Shown here: positions 38,338 to 48,778 of the stretch, piece by piece
Layout: each line of letters begins with the position of its first letter
How positions within the stretch are numbered: position 1 is the first letter of the stretch
Assembly (NCBI GenBank): GCA_026415575.1
Contig: JAOAGV010000001.1
Location: 49,399 to 113,398, forward strand
Reading direction: 5' to 3'
Source: Candidatus Sumerlaeia bacterium
Lineage (GTDB): Bacteria; Sumerlaeota; Sumerlaeia; JADFCW01
DNA length: 64,000 bases
Program-made: the position numbers and the translations under genes
The notes under the pieces: model-generated
Database searches by the model: none
What the model was told of the DNA's origin: nothing
The model's input: the letters and a program-made list of their open reading frames with translations, nothing else

Positions 38338-38761
38338 GCTCCTGCACTCCCTGCAAAAACTGAATCCAACATTGGCGGCGGCGCGGGCCGTCAAACTCGC
38401 CAAAGAAGATGCCTTGCCACGTTCCCAATTGCAACCGTCCATTTTCGACCGGCACCAAAACGGAACAGCCGACCAGAGACGACTTCAGGTGGGCGTCGGA
38501 ATTGCCTTCGCCATGCTCAAACGGCCAATTGCGCGGGACGATTTTTCCCAGTCCCATCAGCAGGTCGTGGCCCACGTCGGGGTCGGCGTTCTCATTGATC
38601 GTAACGGCGGCGGTGGTGTGGGGAACATAGACCAAACAGGCCCCGCGGCGCAGGCCGGCCTCGGCCACGGCCGCCTGCACCTGCGCGGTCAGGGGAATCC
38701 ATTGCTCGCGCTGCGACGAGCGAACCTCGATGGTTTTCAAAGCAACCTCCACACTGCGTTG
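38330..38761 (-). CDS. YjbQ/UPF0047 family protein (GTG start proposed)
   Basis: ACLVYVPHTTAAVTINENADPDVGHDLLMGL...NSDAHLKSSLVGCSVLVPVENGRLQLGTWQGIFFGEFDGPR is the YjbQ signature. There is no in-frame ATG at a sensible position. The GTG at 38761 has GGAGGA 13 nt upstream. Confidence 0.6.
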   Translation of the reverse strand, partial: QRSVEVALKTIEVRSSQREQWIPLTAQVQAAVAEAGLRRGACLVYVPHTTAAVTINENADPDVGHDLLMGLGKIVPRNWPFEHGEGNSDAHLKSSLVGCSVLVPVENGRLQLGTWQGIFFGEFDGPRRRQCWIQFLQGVQEHG

Positions 38762-39119
38762 GATTTGTCCTCCGGTGCGGCTGCGCGCATGCCCAAAGGC
38801 CAAAATCCGGACTGCGCTGCCTGCCGGGGCGTTCTGAACGCAATTCCAGTGAATGAAAAGACGGCCGACGCTTGTCAACGGCAAAGCCGGTCGGCGGGTT
38901 GGCGGGCTTCCGCAGGTCGCCCGCCCCTCCGTTTTCATTCCACAACCCGCAACTCACCGCCTGGCAACGCTCCCCTTTTCATTTGACAACGCTGCACTGC
39001 CACGCGACTTAGTAGGCCGTCTTTTGGGACGATAACCGACAGCCTGCGGAAAGATTTTGCATGGGCTGCAAGGGCTTTCGCGCTAAAGCCTAACAAATCC
39101 ATGAGGAGGAATTCTGACA

Positions 39120-40127
39120 ATGGCAGCAAGAGTTCAGATTAACGGCTTCGGCCGCATCGGTCGTCTGGTCTTCCGCGCCGCGCTCGGCTGCAAGGACATC
39201 GAGGTCGTCAGCGTCAACGACCTGTTTCCGCCCGCTGCGCTTGCGCATCTTCTCAAGTATGACACCATCCACGACAAACTGGACGCCGAAGTGAAGGCCG
39301 AGGAAGGCGCCATCCTGGTCAACGGCAAGCGGATCAAGGTCACCGCAATCAAAGACCCCGCCCAACTGCCGCACAAGGACGACGGGATTGACATCGTGGT
39401 CGAGTCCACGGGGCTTTTCACCAAGCGCGAGGGCGCGCAGCTTCACCTCAACGCAGGAGCCAAAAAGGTCGTCATTTCAGCGCCGGCCACCGACGAAGAC
39501 ATCACGCTGGTCATGGGCGTCAACGACCACAAATACGATCCGGCCAAACACCACATTATCTCGAATGCCTCCTGCACCACAAACTGCCTCGCTCCCATCA
39601 CCAAGGTGATGATGGAAAACTTTGGCGTCAAACGCGGCCTGATGACCACCATCCACAGCTACACCAACGACCAGGTGGTCATTGACTTTGCGCACAAAAA
39701 GGACATGCGGCGTGCGCGCGCGGCCGCCCTCAACATGATCCCCACCACCACGGGTGCCGCCAAGGCCATCGGCTTGGTCATTCCCGAACTCAAGGGCAAG
39801 CTGCACGGCCTGGCCATTCGTGTGCCGACCCCCAACGTCAGTCTGGTGGACGTGGTATTTGAAACCGAAAAGCCGGCAACCAAAGACGCGATCATTGCGG
39901 CGATGGACGCGGCGGCGGCCGGTCCGCTCAAAGGCCTCCTCTATGTCAGCAAAGAGCCTCTGGTTTCGAGCGACTTCAACCATTCGAGCTACAGCTCGAT
40001 TCTCGATGCCGACTGCACCTACATCATCGGCGATACGCTGGTCAAACTGATGGCGTGGTATGACAACGAGTGGGGCTATTCCTGCCGCACGGTGGACCTG
40101 TTGTCCATGATAGCCAAATCGCTGTAA
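39120..40127 (+). CDS. gap: glyceraldehyde-3-phosphate dehydrogenase
   Basis: VQINGFGRIGR is the Rossmann motif. ASCTTNCLAP contains the catalytic Cys. Strong RBS GAGGAGG. Confidence 0.95.
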   Translation: MAARVQINGFGRIGRLVFRAALGCKDIEVVSVNDLFPPAALAHLLKYDTIHDKLDAEVKAEEGAILVNGKRIKVTAIKDPAQLPHKDDGIDIVVESTGLFTKREGAQLHLNAGAKKVVISAPATDEDITLVMGVNDHKYDPAKHHIISNASCTTNCLAPITKVMMENFGVKRGLMTTIHSYTNDQVVIDFAHKKDMRRARAAALNMIPTTTGAAKAIGLVIPELKGKLHGLAIRVPTPNVSLVDVVFETEKPATKDAIIAAMDAAAAGPLKGLLYVSKEPLVSSDFNHSSYSSILDADCTYIIGDTLVKLMAWYDNEWGYSCRTVDLLSMIAKSL

Positions 40128-40293
40128 GCGCGCAAGACATCACCGGAGTGCGGGCGGTTGGTGGTTCCCACTTTTGCGGGTAGGCGCAATTCCCACCTCT
40201 TTCCGGATAACGGCAACCTGAAAGAGACCCACGAAGGCGCGAACGGCAAACCGCCCGCACTCCCAACTTATTTGGGAGAGACAAACAACGATC

Positions 40294-41049
40294 ATGAGAA
40301 CCCCATTTATTGCCGGGAACTGGAAAATGTATATGACGCGCAAGGAGGCCACCGACCTCGTGGAGGGTCTGTTGACCGCCTTGGCCAACGTGCGCGATGT
40401 CGAGGTCGCCGTCTGTCCGCCGTTCACCGCGCTCGAGACAGTCGGAAAACTTCTGGCCAAGCACAACCTTGCCTTGGGCGCCCAGAACTGCTATTGGGAA
40501 GACAAGGGCGCGTTCACGGGCGAAATCTCGCCGGCATTCCTCAAAGACCTTCGCTGCAAATACTGTATTGTCGGCCATAGCGAACGCCGGCAGTATTTCG
40601 GAGAGACCAACGAAACGGTCCGCAAGAAAATCCTCGCTCTCTACCGCCATGACATTCTCCCAATCGTATGTATCGGCGAGACGCTGACCCAGCGCGAGGA
40701 AGGCCAGACCGAGGAAGTGGTTCTAACCCAGTTGCGCGAGTGTCTGGCCAACCTGCCGCCCGACCGCATGGCCGCTACCACCATCGCTTATGAGCCGGTC
40801 TGGGCCATCGGAACGGGCAAAACGGCCACGCCGCAGCAGGCACAGGAGGTTCATGCGTTGATTCGCGCGGAACTGGTGAGATTGTTTGGGCAAGAGGTGG
40901 CCGACGCCGTCCGCATTCAATATGGCGGCAGCGTCAAGCCCGACAATATAAAGTCCTTGATGGATCAGACGGACATAGACGGGGCGCTGGTCGGTGGCGC
41001 CAGCCTAAAGGTGGATTCTTTTGCCCCAATTGTGAAGTTTTATGAATAG
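40294..41049 (+). CDS. tpiA: triosephosphate isomerase
   Basis: IAGNWKM...CIVGHSERR...AYEPVWAIGTG. Confidence 0.95.
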   Translation: MRTPFIAGNWKMYMTRKEATDLVEGLLTALANVRDVEVAVCPPFTALETVGKLLAKHNLALGAQNCYWEDKGAFTGEISPAFLKDLRCKYCIVGHSERRQYFGETNETVRKKILALYRHDILPIVCIGETLTQREEGQTEEVVLTQLRECLANLPPDRMAATTIAYEPVWAIGTGKTATPQQAQEVHALIRAELVRLFGQEVADAVRIQYGGSVKPDNIKSLMDQTDIDGALVGGASLKVDSFAPIVKFYE

Positions 41050-41131
41050 TGGACGGGCGGGATAGAGTGGACGAAACAATGGAAGGGCCTTCGTCCATGT
41101 TGTCCGTTCTTCCCCTCGCAGGAGTACAACC

Positions 41132-42154
41132 ATGAACCGAATCGGCGTTCTCAGCGGCGGGGGCGATTGCCCCGGCATCAATGCGGTCATCCGCGGCATC
41201 GTGCTGCGAGCGGCCAAATACGGCGCAGGCGTCGTTGGCTTTCGCCGCGGCTGGCAGGGTCTGCTCGACGGCGGCCGGACCACCCTGCTGGGTCTGGACG
41301 ACGTGGAGGAAATCCACAGCCTCGGCGGCACCATTATCGGCACGTCACGCACCGATCCTTTTGCCCCGCCCGACGGGGCGGATCAGGTGATGAAAAACTT
41401 TGCCCGCCACGAGTGCGCCGGACTGGTTGTCATCGGCGGCGAAAAAACCCTTGCCCACGCCTATCGTTTCCATCGTCTCGGACTGCCCGTCGTGGGCGTG
41501 CCCAAAACCATAGACAACAACGTCGGCTCGACCGACTGCACATTCGGCTTTCTTACAGCGGCCAACACCGCCACCGAGGCCATTGACCGGCTTGTTACCA
41601 CCGCCAAGTCGCAAGGCCGCGCCTTGGTCGTGCAGGTCATGGGGCATAATTCCGGCTGGCTGGCCCTGTTTGCCGGAATTGCCGGCGGCGCCCATCAAGT
41701 GTTGATCCCCGAAGTGCCGTTCGACGTCGCCCAAGTCTGCGACCGCGTAAAGAAACGCTTTACCAACGGTAACGACTTTGCCGTGGTGGTCGTGGCCGAA
41801 GGCGCGAGGCCCGCCGATCCCAAATCTTTGGACATCACCGAACCGCCGTCGCCCGACGGACGCGAGGACGGCGTGGCCAAAGCACTGGCCGAGGCCATTA
41901 CGCGCCAGACGGGCATCAAGGCCCACCATGTAGCCTTGGGCACGCTCCAGCGCGGCGGCAGCCCCAGTGCCTTCGATCGTGTGTTGGGTATGCGGATGGG
42001 TCTGAAGGCGGCCGAATTGGTTCAGGAAGGCAAATTCGGCATGATGGTGGCGCTGCGATGCACGGACATCGTTGCCGTCCCGCTCGAAGACGCCGTCCGT
42101 CAATCCAAGACGGTTCCCGACGCCTTGTGGCGGGAAGTAGTCCAGCTGATTTGA
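41132..42154 (+). CDS. pfk: 6-phosphofructokinase (ATP- or PPi-dependent)
   Basis: IGVLSGGGDCPGINAVIRG...GVPKTIDNN...MGHNSGWLAL. Confidence 0.9.
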   Translation: MNRIGVLSGGGDCPGINAVIRGIVLRAAKYGAGVVGFRRGWQGLLDGGRTTLLGLDDVEEIHSLGGTIIGTSRTDPFAPPDGADQVMKNFARHECAGLVVIGGEKTLAHAYRFHRLGLPVVGVPKTIDNNVGSTDCTFGFLTAANTATEAIDRLVTTAKSQGRALVVQVMGHNSGWLALFAGIAGGAHQVLIPEVPFDVAQVCDRVKKRFTNGNDFAVVVVAEGARPADPKSLDITEPPSPDGREDGVAKALAEAITRQTGIKAHHVALGTLQRGGSPSAFDRVLGMRMGLKAAELVQEGKFGMMVALRCTDIVAVPLEDAVRQSKTVPDALWREVVQLI

Positions 42155-42371
42155 TGCCGCTGCGGTCGCGCTTTGTGATTTAGAGCCTATCCGGAAAACT
42201 TGGCTTGGCCCGTCTCGGCCAAGATGCTTGGGTGTCACGCCCAAGCCACGATCAAATGGTTTTCGGATAGACTCTTAGCCAATACAAAAGAAAACAGCCC
42301 CACCGGGGAGGATGCAGCTCGGGCCACTCCCGCAGCACCCCTTCCCGGAGGGGCTTTCCCTTTAGCCACGC

Positions 42372-42827
42372 TCAGTTTTCGGTCAGCACAAACTGATCAT
42401 ATTCCAATTCAAAGCGCAGTTTGTGTTTGGCTTCTTCCTGCGCCAAAGCCAAAAACGTCGTGCGAACATTGGCATCTTCGGCCTGATTGGCCAAATCCGT
42501 ATAAAGTCGAAAGGATGCCTTCTCGCGCTTCATGGCAAGGATCAGGGCTTGCTGATACGTGAACTCCGGCTGGGGTTCCTGATCCACCACGTAGTCGGCG
42601 ATCTTGAGGTCCATGACTTTTTCCGGCCGCGCCAGAGTGAGCTTGCCTTGTTTGACCGCAAGCAGTTTGGCCTTGTGGCCCAATTCCTCGCGGGAGAAAT
42701 CGCGGAACATTTGCTGGACGTTGGGGTTGGCCATCTTGGCGGCCAACTCCGTGTAGAATTGCGCGGCTTCTTCTTCTTTGGCGATCGCAAAGTCCAGAAT
42801 CTCCTCGATGGTATTGGGTTCGCTCAT
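42372..42827 (-). CDS. ferritin-like / rubrerythrin-family di-iron protein
   Basis: Two ExxH-type helices (EEEAAQFY..., LAQEEAKHKLRFE). Start moved to the MSEPNT ATG at 42827 (GAAGGAG RBS). Confidence 0.65.
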   Translation of the reverse strand: MSEPNTIEEILDFAIAKEEEAAQFYTELAAKMANPNVQQMFRDFSREELGHKAKLLAVKQGKLTLARPEKVMDLKIADYVVDQEPQPEFTYQQALILAMKREKASFRLYTDLANQAEDANVRTTFLALAQEEAKHKLRFELEYDQFVLTEN

Positions 42828-42900
42828 GGCTTTCTCCTTCGCGTTGAAATGGGCCGAACAGGAAGAATCGAAGCGCGGGACTTGCCCACCTTGGCTTTTT

Positions 42901-43473
42901 TCACCAGTTTTCCGCAAGCAGTTCAAAATGCGCCTGCGGATGCGCACAGGCCAGACATGTCTTGGGCGCTTCAATGCCTTCGTGCAGATAGCCGCAGTTG
43001 ATGCATCGCCACACAACCGGCCGATCTTTCTTGAACACCGTGCCGTTTTCCACGTTTGCCAGAAGCCCGAGGTAACGTTTTTCGTGCTGCTTTTCGGCCA
43101 CGGCAATAGCCTCGAATACTTGAGCAATCACTTGGAAGCCTTCTTCGCGGGCAACTTTGGCAAACGTCGGATACATGTCCGACCATTCATAGTGTTCGCC
43201 GCCGGCCGCGCTTTTCAGGTTCTCGGCAGTCGTGCCGATTTTGCCCGCCGGAAACGCGGCCTGAATCTCGACTTCGCCGCCCTGCAGGAATTTGAACAGC
43301 CGCTTGGCGTGTTCCTTTTCCTGATTGGCCGTCTCCTCAAAAATGTTGGCGATTTGCACGAACCCTTCCTGCCGTGCCTGACTGGCGGCATAGGTGTAAC
43401 GGTTTCGCGCCTGCGATTCGCCCGCAAAAGCGGTCAGCAAGTTTTTTTCGGTTCGCGACCCTTTCAGCTCCAT
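42901..43473 (-). CDS. rbr: rubrerythrin
   Basis: A di-iron four-helix bundle ([41 protein letters not shown]) and a C-terminal rubredoxin-like CINCGY...CLAC. Confidence 0.9.
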   Translation of the reverse strand: MELKGSRTEKNLLTAFAGESQARNRYTYAASQARQEGFVQIANIFEETANQEKEHAKRLFKFLQGGEVEIQAAFPAGKIGTTAENLKSAAGGEHYEWSDMYPTFAKVAREEGFQVIAQVFEAIAVAEKQHEKRYLGLLANVENGTVFKKDRPVVWRCINCGYLHEGIEAPKTCLACAHPQAHFELLAENW

Positions 43474-44756
43474 GGGTTTTCTCCTTTGATGATGGAATGG
43501 TTTATGGGTGAAGCGGAATAACCCGCCAGTTCGACCGCACGCCGCAGAGCGGCGATATCAAACCCTTTGCCGACGATTCGCGCCTGCCCTCCCGCCAAAT
43601 CTATCTCGGCCGCCCGCACACCGGCGCAGCCGGTCAGCGCCTCGCGCACTGTCTGCGCGCAGTGGCTGCAGGTCATGCCTTCGATCCGCAGCGACACGGC
43701 CATTTCCGAATCCGCAATTTCTGCAGGCCGACGCCTTTCCCGACGGACATAAGGCCGAAGCAGTGCATGGGCGAGAATGGCGATCATCGCGAAGGCGAAG
43801 AGATTGCTCATCCATAAGGGCATCATCGCATGTTCGCCATGAGTTGTCATGGGGTGGGGCAGGCTGGTCAACCAAAAGTCCAGCAAAACTCCGCTGGCCA
43901 GCGCGCAGAAAGCCACCGTGGCCAGATAAATCCCGAGGGTCTTTTTTCCCATTGTTTTTATAATCACAGCCAGCGTGGCCATATTGGTGGCCGGTCCGGA
44001 TATTAGAAAAACCAGTGCGGCGCCCGGAGAAACGCCTTGATGCACCAACGCGGCTGCAATCGGAACCGAACCGGTGGCGCATACGTAAATCGGGATTCCC
44101 ACGCCCAGCATGACCAGCTTGGGCCACAGTCCGGTTCCGCGCAATCCGGCAAAGTAGTCGGCCGGGATTGCCGCCGCGATGATACCGGCAAGAATCAGCC
44201 CAATGATCAAAGGCCGTCCTATGTCGCGGGGAAGGTCCACGAATCCGTAATCCCATAGGCGGCGCAACTTGCCGCTGTTTTCCGGCAAAGAGCAGGCCGC
44301 TGCGGGCGAATCGGTCGCCTTGGATTCTTCCCGTTCGTTATCGCTGACAAAAATCCCCACCAACCAGCCGCCCAGCAGCCCCGTCAGGAATGCGGCAATG
44401 GGCCGGAGAATTGCAACGGTCAGGCCCAGCAGGCTGTAGGTTATAAAAATGCTGTCCACGCCCGTTTGCGGCGTCGAAAGAAGAAAAGCGGTCGTGGCTC
44501 CGCGACTGGCACCACGGCTGCGCAGCGAGGCCGCAAGGGGAATCACCCCGCAGGAGCACAGCGGCAGCGGTACGCCAAACAGCGCCGCCTTGGCCACCGG
44601 CACGATTCCCCTGCCCCCCAAATGCCGGCCCACCGCCGAAGGCGAAACAAGGACGGACAACAGGCCGGCGAAAAAGAAACCCAGCAACAGGTAGGGAGAG
44701 ACTTCCGCCACCATGGCCCAGAATTCCATGCCTATGGATTGCAGGATTTGCGACAT
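43464..44756 (-). CDS. predicted permease (COG0701-type) with C-terminal heavy-metal-associated (HMA) domain
   Basis: Multi-TM with paired CxC/CATG motifs ([10 protein letters not shown]; [11 protein letters not shown]). The C-terminal [12 protein letters not shown] is an HMA. An alternative start is at 44729. Confidence 0.7.
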   Translation of the reverse strand: MSQILQSIGMEFWAMVAEVSPYLLLGFFFAGLLSVLVSPSAVGRHLGGRGIVPVAKAALFGVPLPLCSCGVIPLAASLRSRGASRGATTAFLLSTPQTGVDSIFITYSLLGLTVAILRPIAAFLTGLLGGWLVGIFVSDNEREESKATDSPAAACSLPENSGKLRRLWDYGFVDLPRDIGRPLIIGLILAGIIAAAIPADYFAGLRGTGLWPKLVMLGVGIPIYVCATGSVPIAAALVHQGVSPGAALVFLISGPATNMATLAVIIKTMGKKTLGIYLATVAFCALASGVLLDFWLTSLPHPMTTHGEHAMMPLWMSNLFAFAMIAILAHALLRPYVRRERRRPAEIADSEMAVSLRIEGMTCSHCAQTVREALTGCAGVRAAEIDLAGGQARIVGKGFDIAALRRAVELAGYSASPINHSIIKGENPWS

Positions 44757-45661
44757 ACGCCTCCACCTCTTCCGCTTAGCAGCAAAAACTTTGCCGGGTC
44801 GCCGCCGACTTCCATCGCCCAGTGGGCCAAAGCAAAATCATAGCGCACCGGGTCGTCGGGCACAAGGCGGCGGAAGGCCGCCGTAATCTCCAGTGCCGCT
44901 TTCAAATTGGCCTGTTTGCGTCCGGTCAATCCCAGTGCACGTCCGATCTGAAAAATGTGCGTGTCCAAAGGCATCACGAGACGGGACTTTGGAATGAAGT
45001 CCCAGCCGCCCGGGTCCACGCTGTCACGGCGGACCATCCAGCGGAGGAAAAGATTCAGGCGTTTGCAGGCGCTGCCGTTCTCGGGCGAGGGAAGAAGCCC
45101 TTTGAGTGGCCGGCCGCCGGCTCGCTCCAAGCGGGCGACAAAGGCCGACAACGCGGGAAGAATTGTTGCATCGTGCTCCAGCGCCGCACTTCCTTCAGCG
45201 GCTTTCCCAGATGCCGGCAAATCCTCCAATTCCCGCCGATTGTCATTGCGTACGCCTTCGGTAAAACAGTGGCCCAACGTTTCCCATTGGCGCAGGACTT
45301 GCCCCACAGCCCAGAGCAGAGCTGCCAGACCTTCGCCGCTGAGTGTGCGATGCTGAAAACCGGCGAATTGCTGACGGAGGTCTTCCTCACCCGTCTTCCG
45401 AAGGAAACCTGCCGGTGATCCGTCCATTTTCTTTAGAACCACGGCGACACTTTTGTGGATCTGATTGATATTGCCCAAAGCCAGCAATGCGGCAACCAAC
45501 CCGGCCACCTCGCGGTCGGCCGGATTGTCATATTGGTATAGAAACCCCACGGGGTCGTTGCCAACAGCCTCGCGGCGATTATATCGGCGATAGAGGGTTT
45601 CCAGCATTCGCCGGTTGAGAAATACAGGCGCGGCAGGGTTCACAACGTGCCTCTTTTCCAT
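44732..45661 (-). CDS. DUF2400/TIGR02757-like hypothetical protein
   Basis: WDFIPKSRLVMPLDTHIFQIGRALGL motif. About 300 aa. Confidence 0.55.
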   Translation of the reverse strand: MEKRHVVNPAAPVFLNRRMLETLYRRYNRREAVGNDPVGFLYQYDNPADREVAGLVAALLALGNINQIHKSVAVVLKKMDGSPAGFLRKTGEEDLRQQFAGFQHRTLSGEGLAALLWAVGQVLRQWETLGHCFTEGVRNDNRRELEDLPASGKAAEGSAALEHDATILPALSAFVARLERAGGRPLKGLLPSPENGSACKRLNLFLRWMVRRDSVDPGGWDFIPKSRLVMPLDTHIFQIGRALGLTGRKQANLKAALEITAAFRRLVPDDPVRYDFALAHWAMEVGGDPAKFLLLSGRGGGVCRKSCNP

Positions 45662-45817
45662 GCCCTTTACGGCGACATGGGCTCGCTACGAAGTTCAAAC
45701 TGTATGGAGCAGGACATAACCTTGGAAAGCATTGTATCTCGCATTGGCCGTACACAATAATCTCTCACTGAAACGGGGGGGAAAAACAACAGAAGCTTGA
45801 ACTTCGCGCCGTTTCCA

Positions 45818-46237
45818 TCAATCCGGTAGTGCGGCCAATTCGCTTTCGTTCTTGCATGCCGGGCACAGGCCGAAAAACTCGACGCGATGACCGGTGACCT
45901 GAAATGCGGTCACGGACCGAAGGTCGTCCTCCTTGACCGGAAATGGCCGAATCGGCAGATCGTCCACCCGTCCGCAGTGTTTGCAGTGGATGTGATAGTG
46001 GTTCTCTACGTTGCCGTCGAAACGCCGCTGGGAACCCGCCAACTCGATTTTCTGCACCAGCCCATACTCCGCCAGCAACTCCAGATTGCGATAGACCGTG
46101 CCCAAGCTGATATGGGGCAGTTTCTGACGGACGAGTTGGCAGACTTCGTCGGCGGTGGGATGCGAAACGACTTTACGCAGCTCTTCAAGAATGACTTGTC
46201 TTTGGCGTGTGATCCGAAACTTCCCTTTCGGCGTCAT
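45818..46237 (-). CDS. Fur-family transcriptional regulator (PerR-like given rubrerythrin context)
   Basis: A winged helix, HYHIHCKHCGRV and CPAC zinc sites. 139 aa. Confidence 0.85.
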   Translation of the reverse strand: MTPKGKFRITRQRQVILEELRKVVSHPTADEVCQLVRQKLPHISLGTVYRNLELLAEYGLVQKIELAGSQRRFDGNVENHYHIHCKHCGRVDDLPIRPFPVKEDDLRSVTAFQVTGHRVEFFGLCPACKNESELAALPD

Positions 46238-46326
46238 TGTTTATGCCCAACCTTCCCCTTCATCATTCCGGATTGATGACGGAATCCCGGCCTCATGCTT
46301 CCAGTGGTTTTACCCGCGTTCCTGAC

Positions 46327-47235
46327 TCAGCGTTTCGCTGCGCCGGCAAAGCGTTGCAACAAATCAGCCACGGCGGCATCCTTCTGATAGCCTACTACCA
46401 CCACAATTTGCGTTTCGATCTGGAACACCCCCACCGTACCCATCCATTGGTCTTCGTAGAAAAATCCAGAGAATGCCTCGGCGGCGTCTTTGGGGGAACG
46501 ATCCTTGACCGCTGCGCGAAACGCCTCCAACGCCTTCTGCGCCGCTGCTAAATCGGCAAATGGTGCGCGATGCACCTCCACCGTTCTTTCCCCGACTTTA
46601 TAGCGCGCCACCAAAACGTCGCGCATAAACTCCATCCCAAAAGCCGCGTCGGGAACCCAGCGCTCCGAACGGGGCACGCGGCCCTCGGACGGCAAACCCG
46701 CCAGCAGTTCGTTGAGCGGCGGGCCGGCGGGAATCTTGGCAACCAGCGAGCGGGCCGCGCTTTCGAGCGCGGAACGCGCACCTTCGGCCGCACTGCTCAT
46801 TTTGACAAAATACCGCCCGCGCGCAAACTCGATCGAGTCCTCGGCCACCGCCGCCTCCTCGCCAATGTCCAAAAACTCGCCGCCTTCTCCAACATGGGTT
46901 CGACTGTAAATGCCGAATGCGCCCAATGCCGACCCCATGTCATAGATGTGCGTTTCGATTGTTTCCTCGGCCGACTTCAACGAGGCCCAGTTCAACACCG
47001 CCAGTGCTTTGCAGCCGTAACTGATGTATTCGGGCGCCATGCCGTCAATGGCCTCGAACAAGTTATCGCGGTTGAAAAACGCCGGCTTGCCCACCGCGCG
47101 GTATCCGGCGGGTGCCACCGCCTGTTGGGCAAGCGCGGCCAGCGTCGGGCCGCCGGCGATCTTTCCTTTGCCGTTAAAATGACTGCAACCGGCTGCCAGC
47201 AAACATCCCGCCAAAAACACGCAAACTCGTTTCAT
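46327..47235 (-). CDS. lipoprotein, paralog of 12596..13570
   Basis: Lipobox LAAGCS. Ordered motif matches to the 12596 protein. Confidence 0.6.
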   Translation of the reverse strand: MKRVCVFLAGCLLAAGCSHFNGKGKIAGGPTLAALAQQAVAPAGYRAVGKPAFFNRDNLFEAIDGMAPEYISYGCKALAVLNWASLKSAEETIETHIYDMGSALGAFGIYSRTHVGEGGEFLDIGEEAAVAEDSIEFARGRYFVKMSSAAEGARSALESAARSLVAKIPAGPPLNELLAGLPSEGRVPRSERWVPDAAFGMEFMRDVLVARYKVGERTVEVHRAPFADLAAAQKALEAFRAAVKDRSPKDAAEAFSGFFYEDQWMGTVGVFQIETQIVVVVGYQKDAAVADLLQRFAGAAKR

Positions 47236-47333
47236 TGCTTCCCCCTCCCACGGGAAAGACCCTCCCCTGAGGTTCTCGCTTTCCCATGGTTGTTTGCTTT
47301 GTAGAAAACCTTTTTCTGCTTACAGCCTTTCGC

Positions 47334-48491
47334 TCATGCAACGACCGACAGGCGCGCGTGGGCTTCCCGAATGATGCTGCGCACCGGCAGCCCCATCGGG
47401 CATTTCGACTCGCACAGGCCGCAATCGCCGCAGGCGGCCGCCGTTTGCTGCGGCTGAATTTCTGCATAGCGCTCGGCCGCCAGTGCCGCCAGCCCCTGCT
47501 GCTCGTAGTAATAGCTGTAGTCGCGCACGATCGCCTGAACATCTACTCCACGCGGGCAGCCTTCGCACAGACCGCACAGCGTGCAGGTGCCGTCGGCCAT
47601 TGCCACTGCGCGCGAGCCCGCGTCGGCTTTTTGCTGTGCGGCTTTGCTGACCGCCGCAAACCATCCGTCCACCTCTTCGCGCGTATTCAGCGTCCGCAGC
47701 ACCGTGGTCACACCCGCCGGAAACAGCGCCGAAACCACTTGCTCAGGAGTTGCCTGTGCCTTGCCCCGGCCCATCTGCGTCTTCATGGCCATAATGCCGA
47801 CGTTTTCCTGATTGGCGCGCTGCAAGGTCTTGCGGAACAGGTTGACGTTGTTTGGCGTAATGACCGACAGAATCGTGCTATACCACTTGGCATCCAAGCC
47901 GGCCTCCATGCTTTCCTGCAGGCTCTGGTGCGTGGTGAGATTGTAGAACCGCACTTTGCCGGCCTTGCGGAGCGCCTCAAATTTGGCGAGTTCTTTTTCG
48001 CTCTTGATCTGTTCGGGCGTCCAAACCGGCAGACACAGAATGTCCACGTGGTCGGTATTCAAAACCTTCAACTGGTCGTCAATGCTGTCGGGCAGGCCTT
48101 TTCCGTGCTCGCCCTTCAGCATAATCCACACCTTGTCGCGGTTGCCGGGCTTTTTCAAAAATAGCCCCAAGTTCTTGTTCGCCTCGCCGTTCAAGTAGCC
48201 GTTGCTGGTATGGACGAGGTTGACACCGCGCTCTACGGCCATCTCAAGGATGGGCAGGTGGTCCGGCGACAGTCGAATGCAGCCAAAAGTAAGGCGGCTG
48301 ACATTCAGACCGGTCTTTCCGAACGGCTGATAGACCATCCCCGATTGCTCGTTGCGGCGTTCCAACTTGGTTTCGGCAGCCAGTACGGGGCCGGCCAAGG
48401 CAGCGGCCAAGCCGGCTGCGGTGCGGCCGACAAATTCGCGTCGGTTGATCCCGTTACGTGATACTGGTTTCCTCATGGTGCACTCCTTCAC
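47334..48491 (-). CDS. aldo/keto reductase with TAT signal and C-terminal 2x[4Fe-4S] ferredoxin-like domain
   Basis: NRREFVGRTAAGLAAALAG is the TAT signal. An AKR barrel follows (YQPFGKTGLNVSRLTFG), then CTLCGLCEGCP and CGDCGLCESKCP. Confidence 0.8.
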   Translation of the reverse strand: MKECTMRKPVSRNGINRREFVGRTAAGLAAALAGPVLAAETKLERRNEQSGMVYQPFGKTGLNVSRLTFGCIRLSPDHLPILEMAVERGVNLVHTSNGYLNGEANKNLGLFLKKPGNRDKVWIMLKGEHGKGLPDSIDDQLKVLNTDHVDILCLPVWTPEQIKSEKELAKFEALRKAGKVRFYNLTTHQSLQESMEAGLDAKWYSTILSVITPNNVNLFRKTLQRANQENVGIMAMKTQMGRGKAQATPEQVVSALFPAGVTTVLRTLNTREEVDGWFAAVSKAAQQKADAGSRAVAMADGTCTLCGLCEGCPRGVDVQAIVRDYSYYYEQQGLAALAAERYAEIQPQQTAAACGDCGLCESKCPMGLPVRSIIREAHARLSVVA

Positions 48492-48778
48492 GATAGTTGA
48501 TGGATCGTATGATCCTTACAAAAAAGTAAAAATTTTGCACGAAAAGGGGAGCGGCTAAAAGCAGCGAGGGATAAAACTTTGCAAAATCCTCGATTTTTTT
48601 TGCGGGATTTTAAACCCGCAATTGATAACTATTCTTATCTGAAGAGACATGTCAAATGCATTTTTACCCCACTGACCGACATCCTTGCACCATCGCCCTG
48701 ACTTTGCGCTTGCGCCACATTCGCTTCCTAACCTACAGTCGGAATCAGAAACGAGACGGAGATCGAAAGAGGAGTCTC
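48492..48778. promoter_or_regulatory. AT-rich divergent promoter region with two palindromes (GCGGG-ATTTTAAA-CCCGC; GATAA-CTATTC-TTATC)
   Basis: It lies between the divergently transcribed AKR and NfeD genes. GC drops sharply, and there are perfect inverted repeats at about 48598..48615 and 48622..48637. Confidence 0.3.

Noticed and set aside
42155-42371. Bidirectional intrinsic terminator between pfk and the ferritin-like gene
   Set aside because: Short GC palindromes (CCCCACCGGGG; CCCGGAGGGG) are present but stems are only 4-5 bp with weak U-tracts. This is too ambiguous to call.
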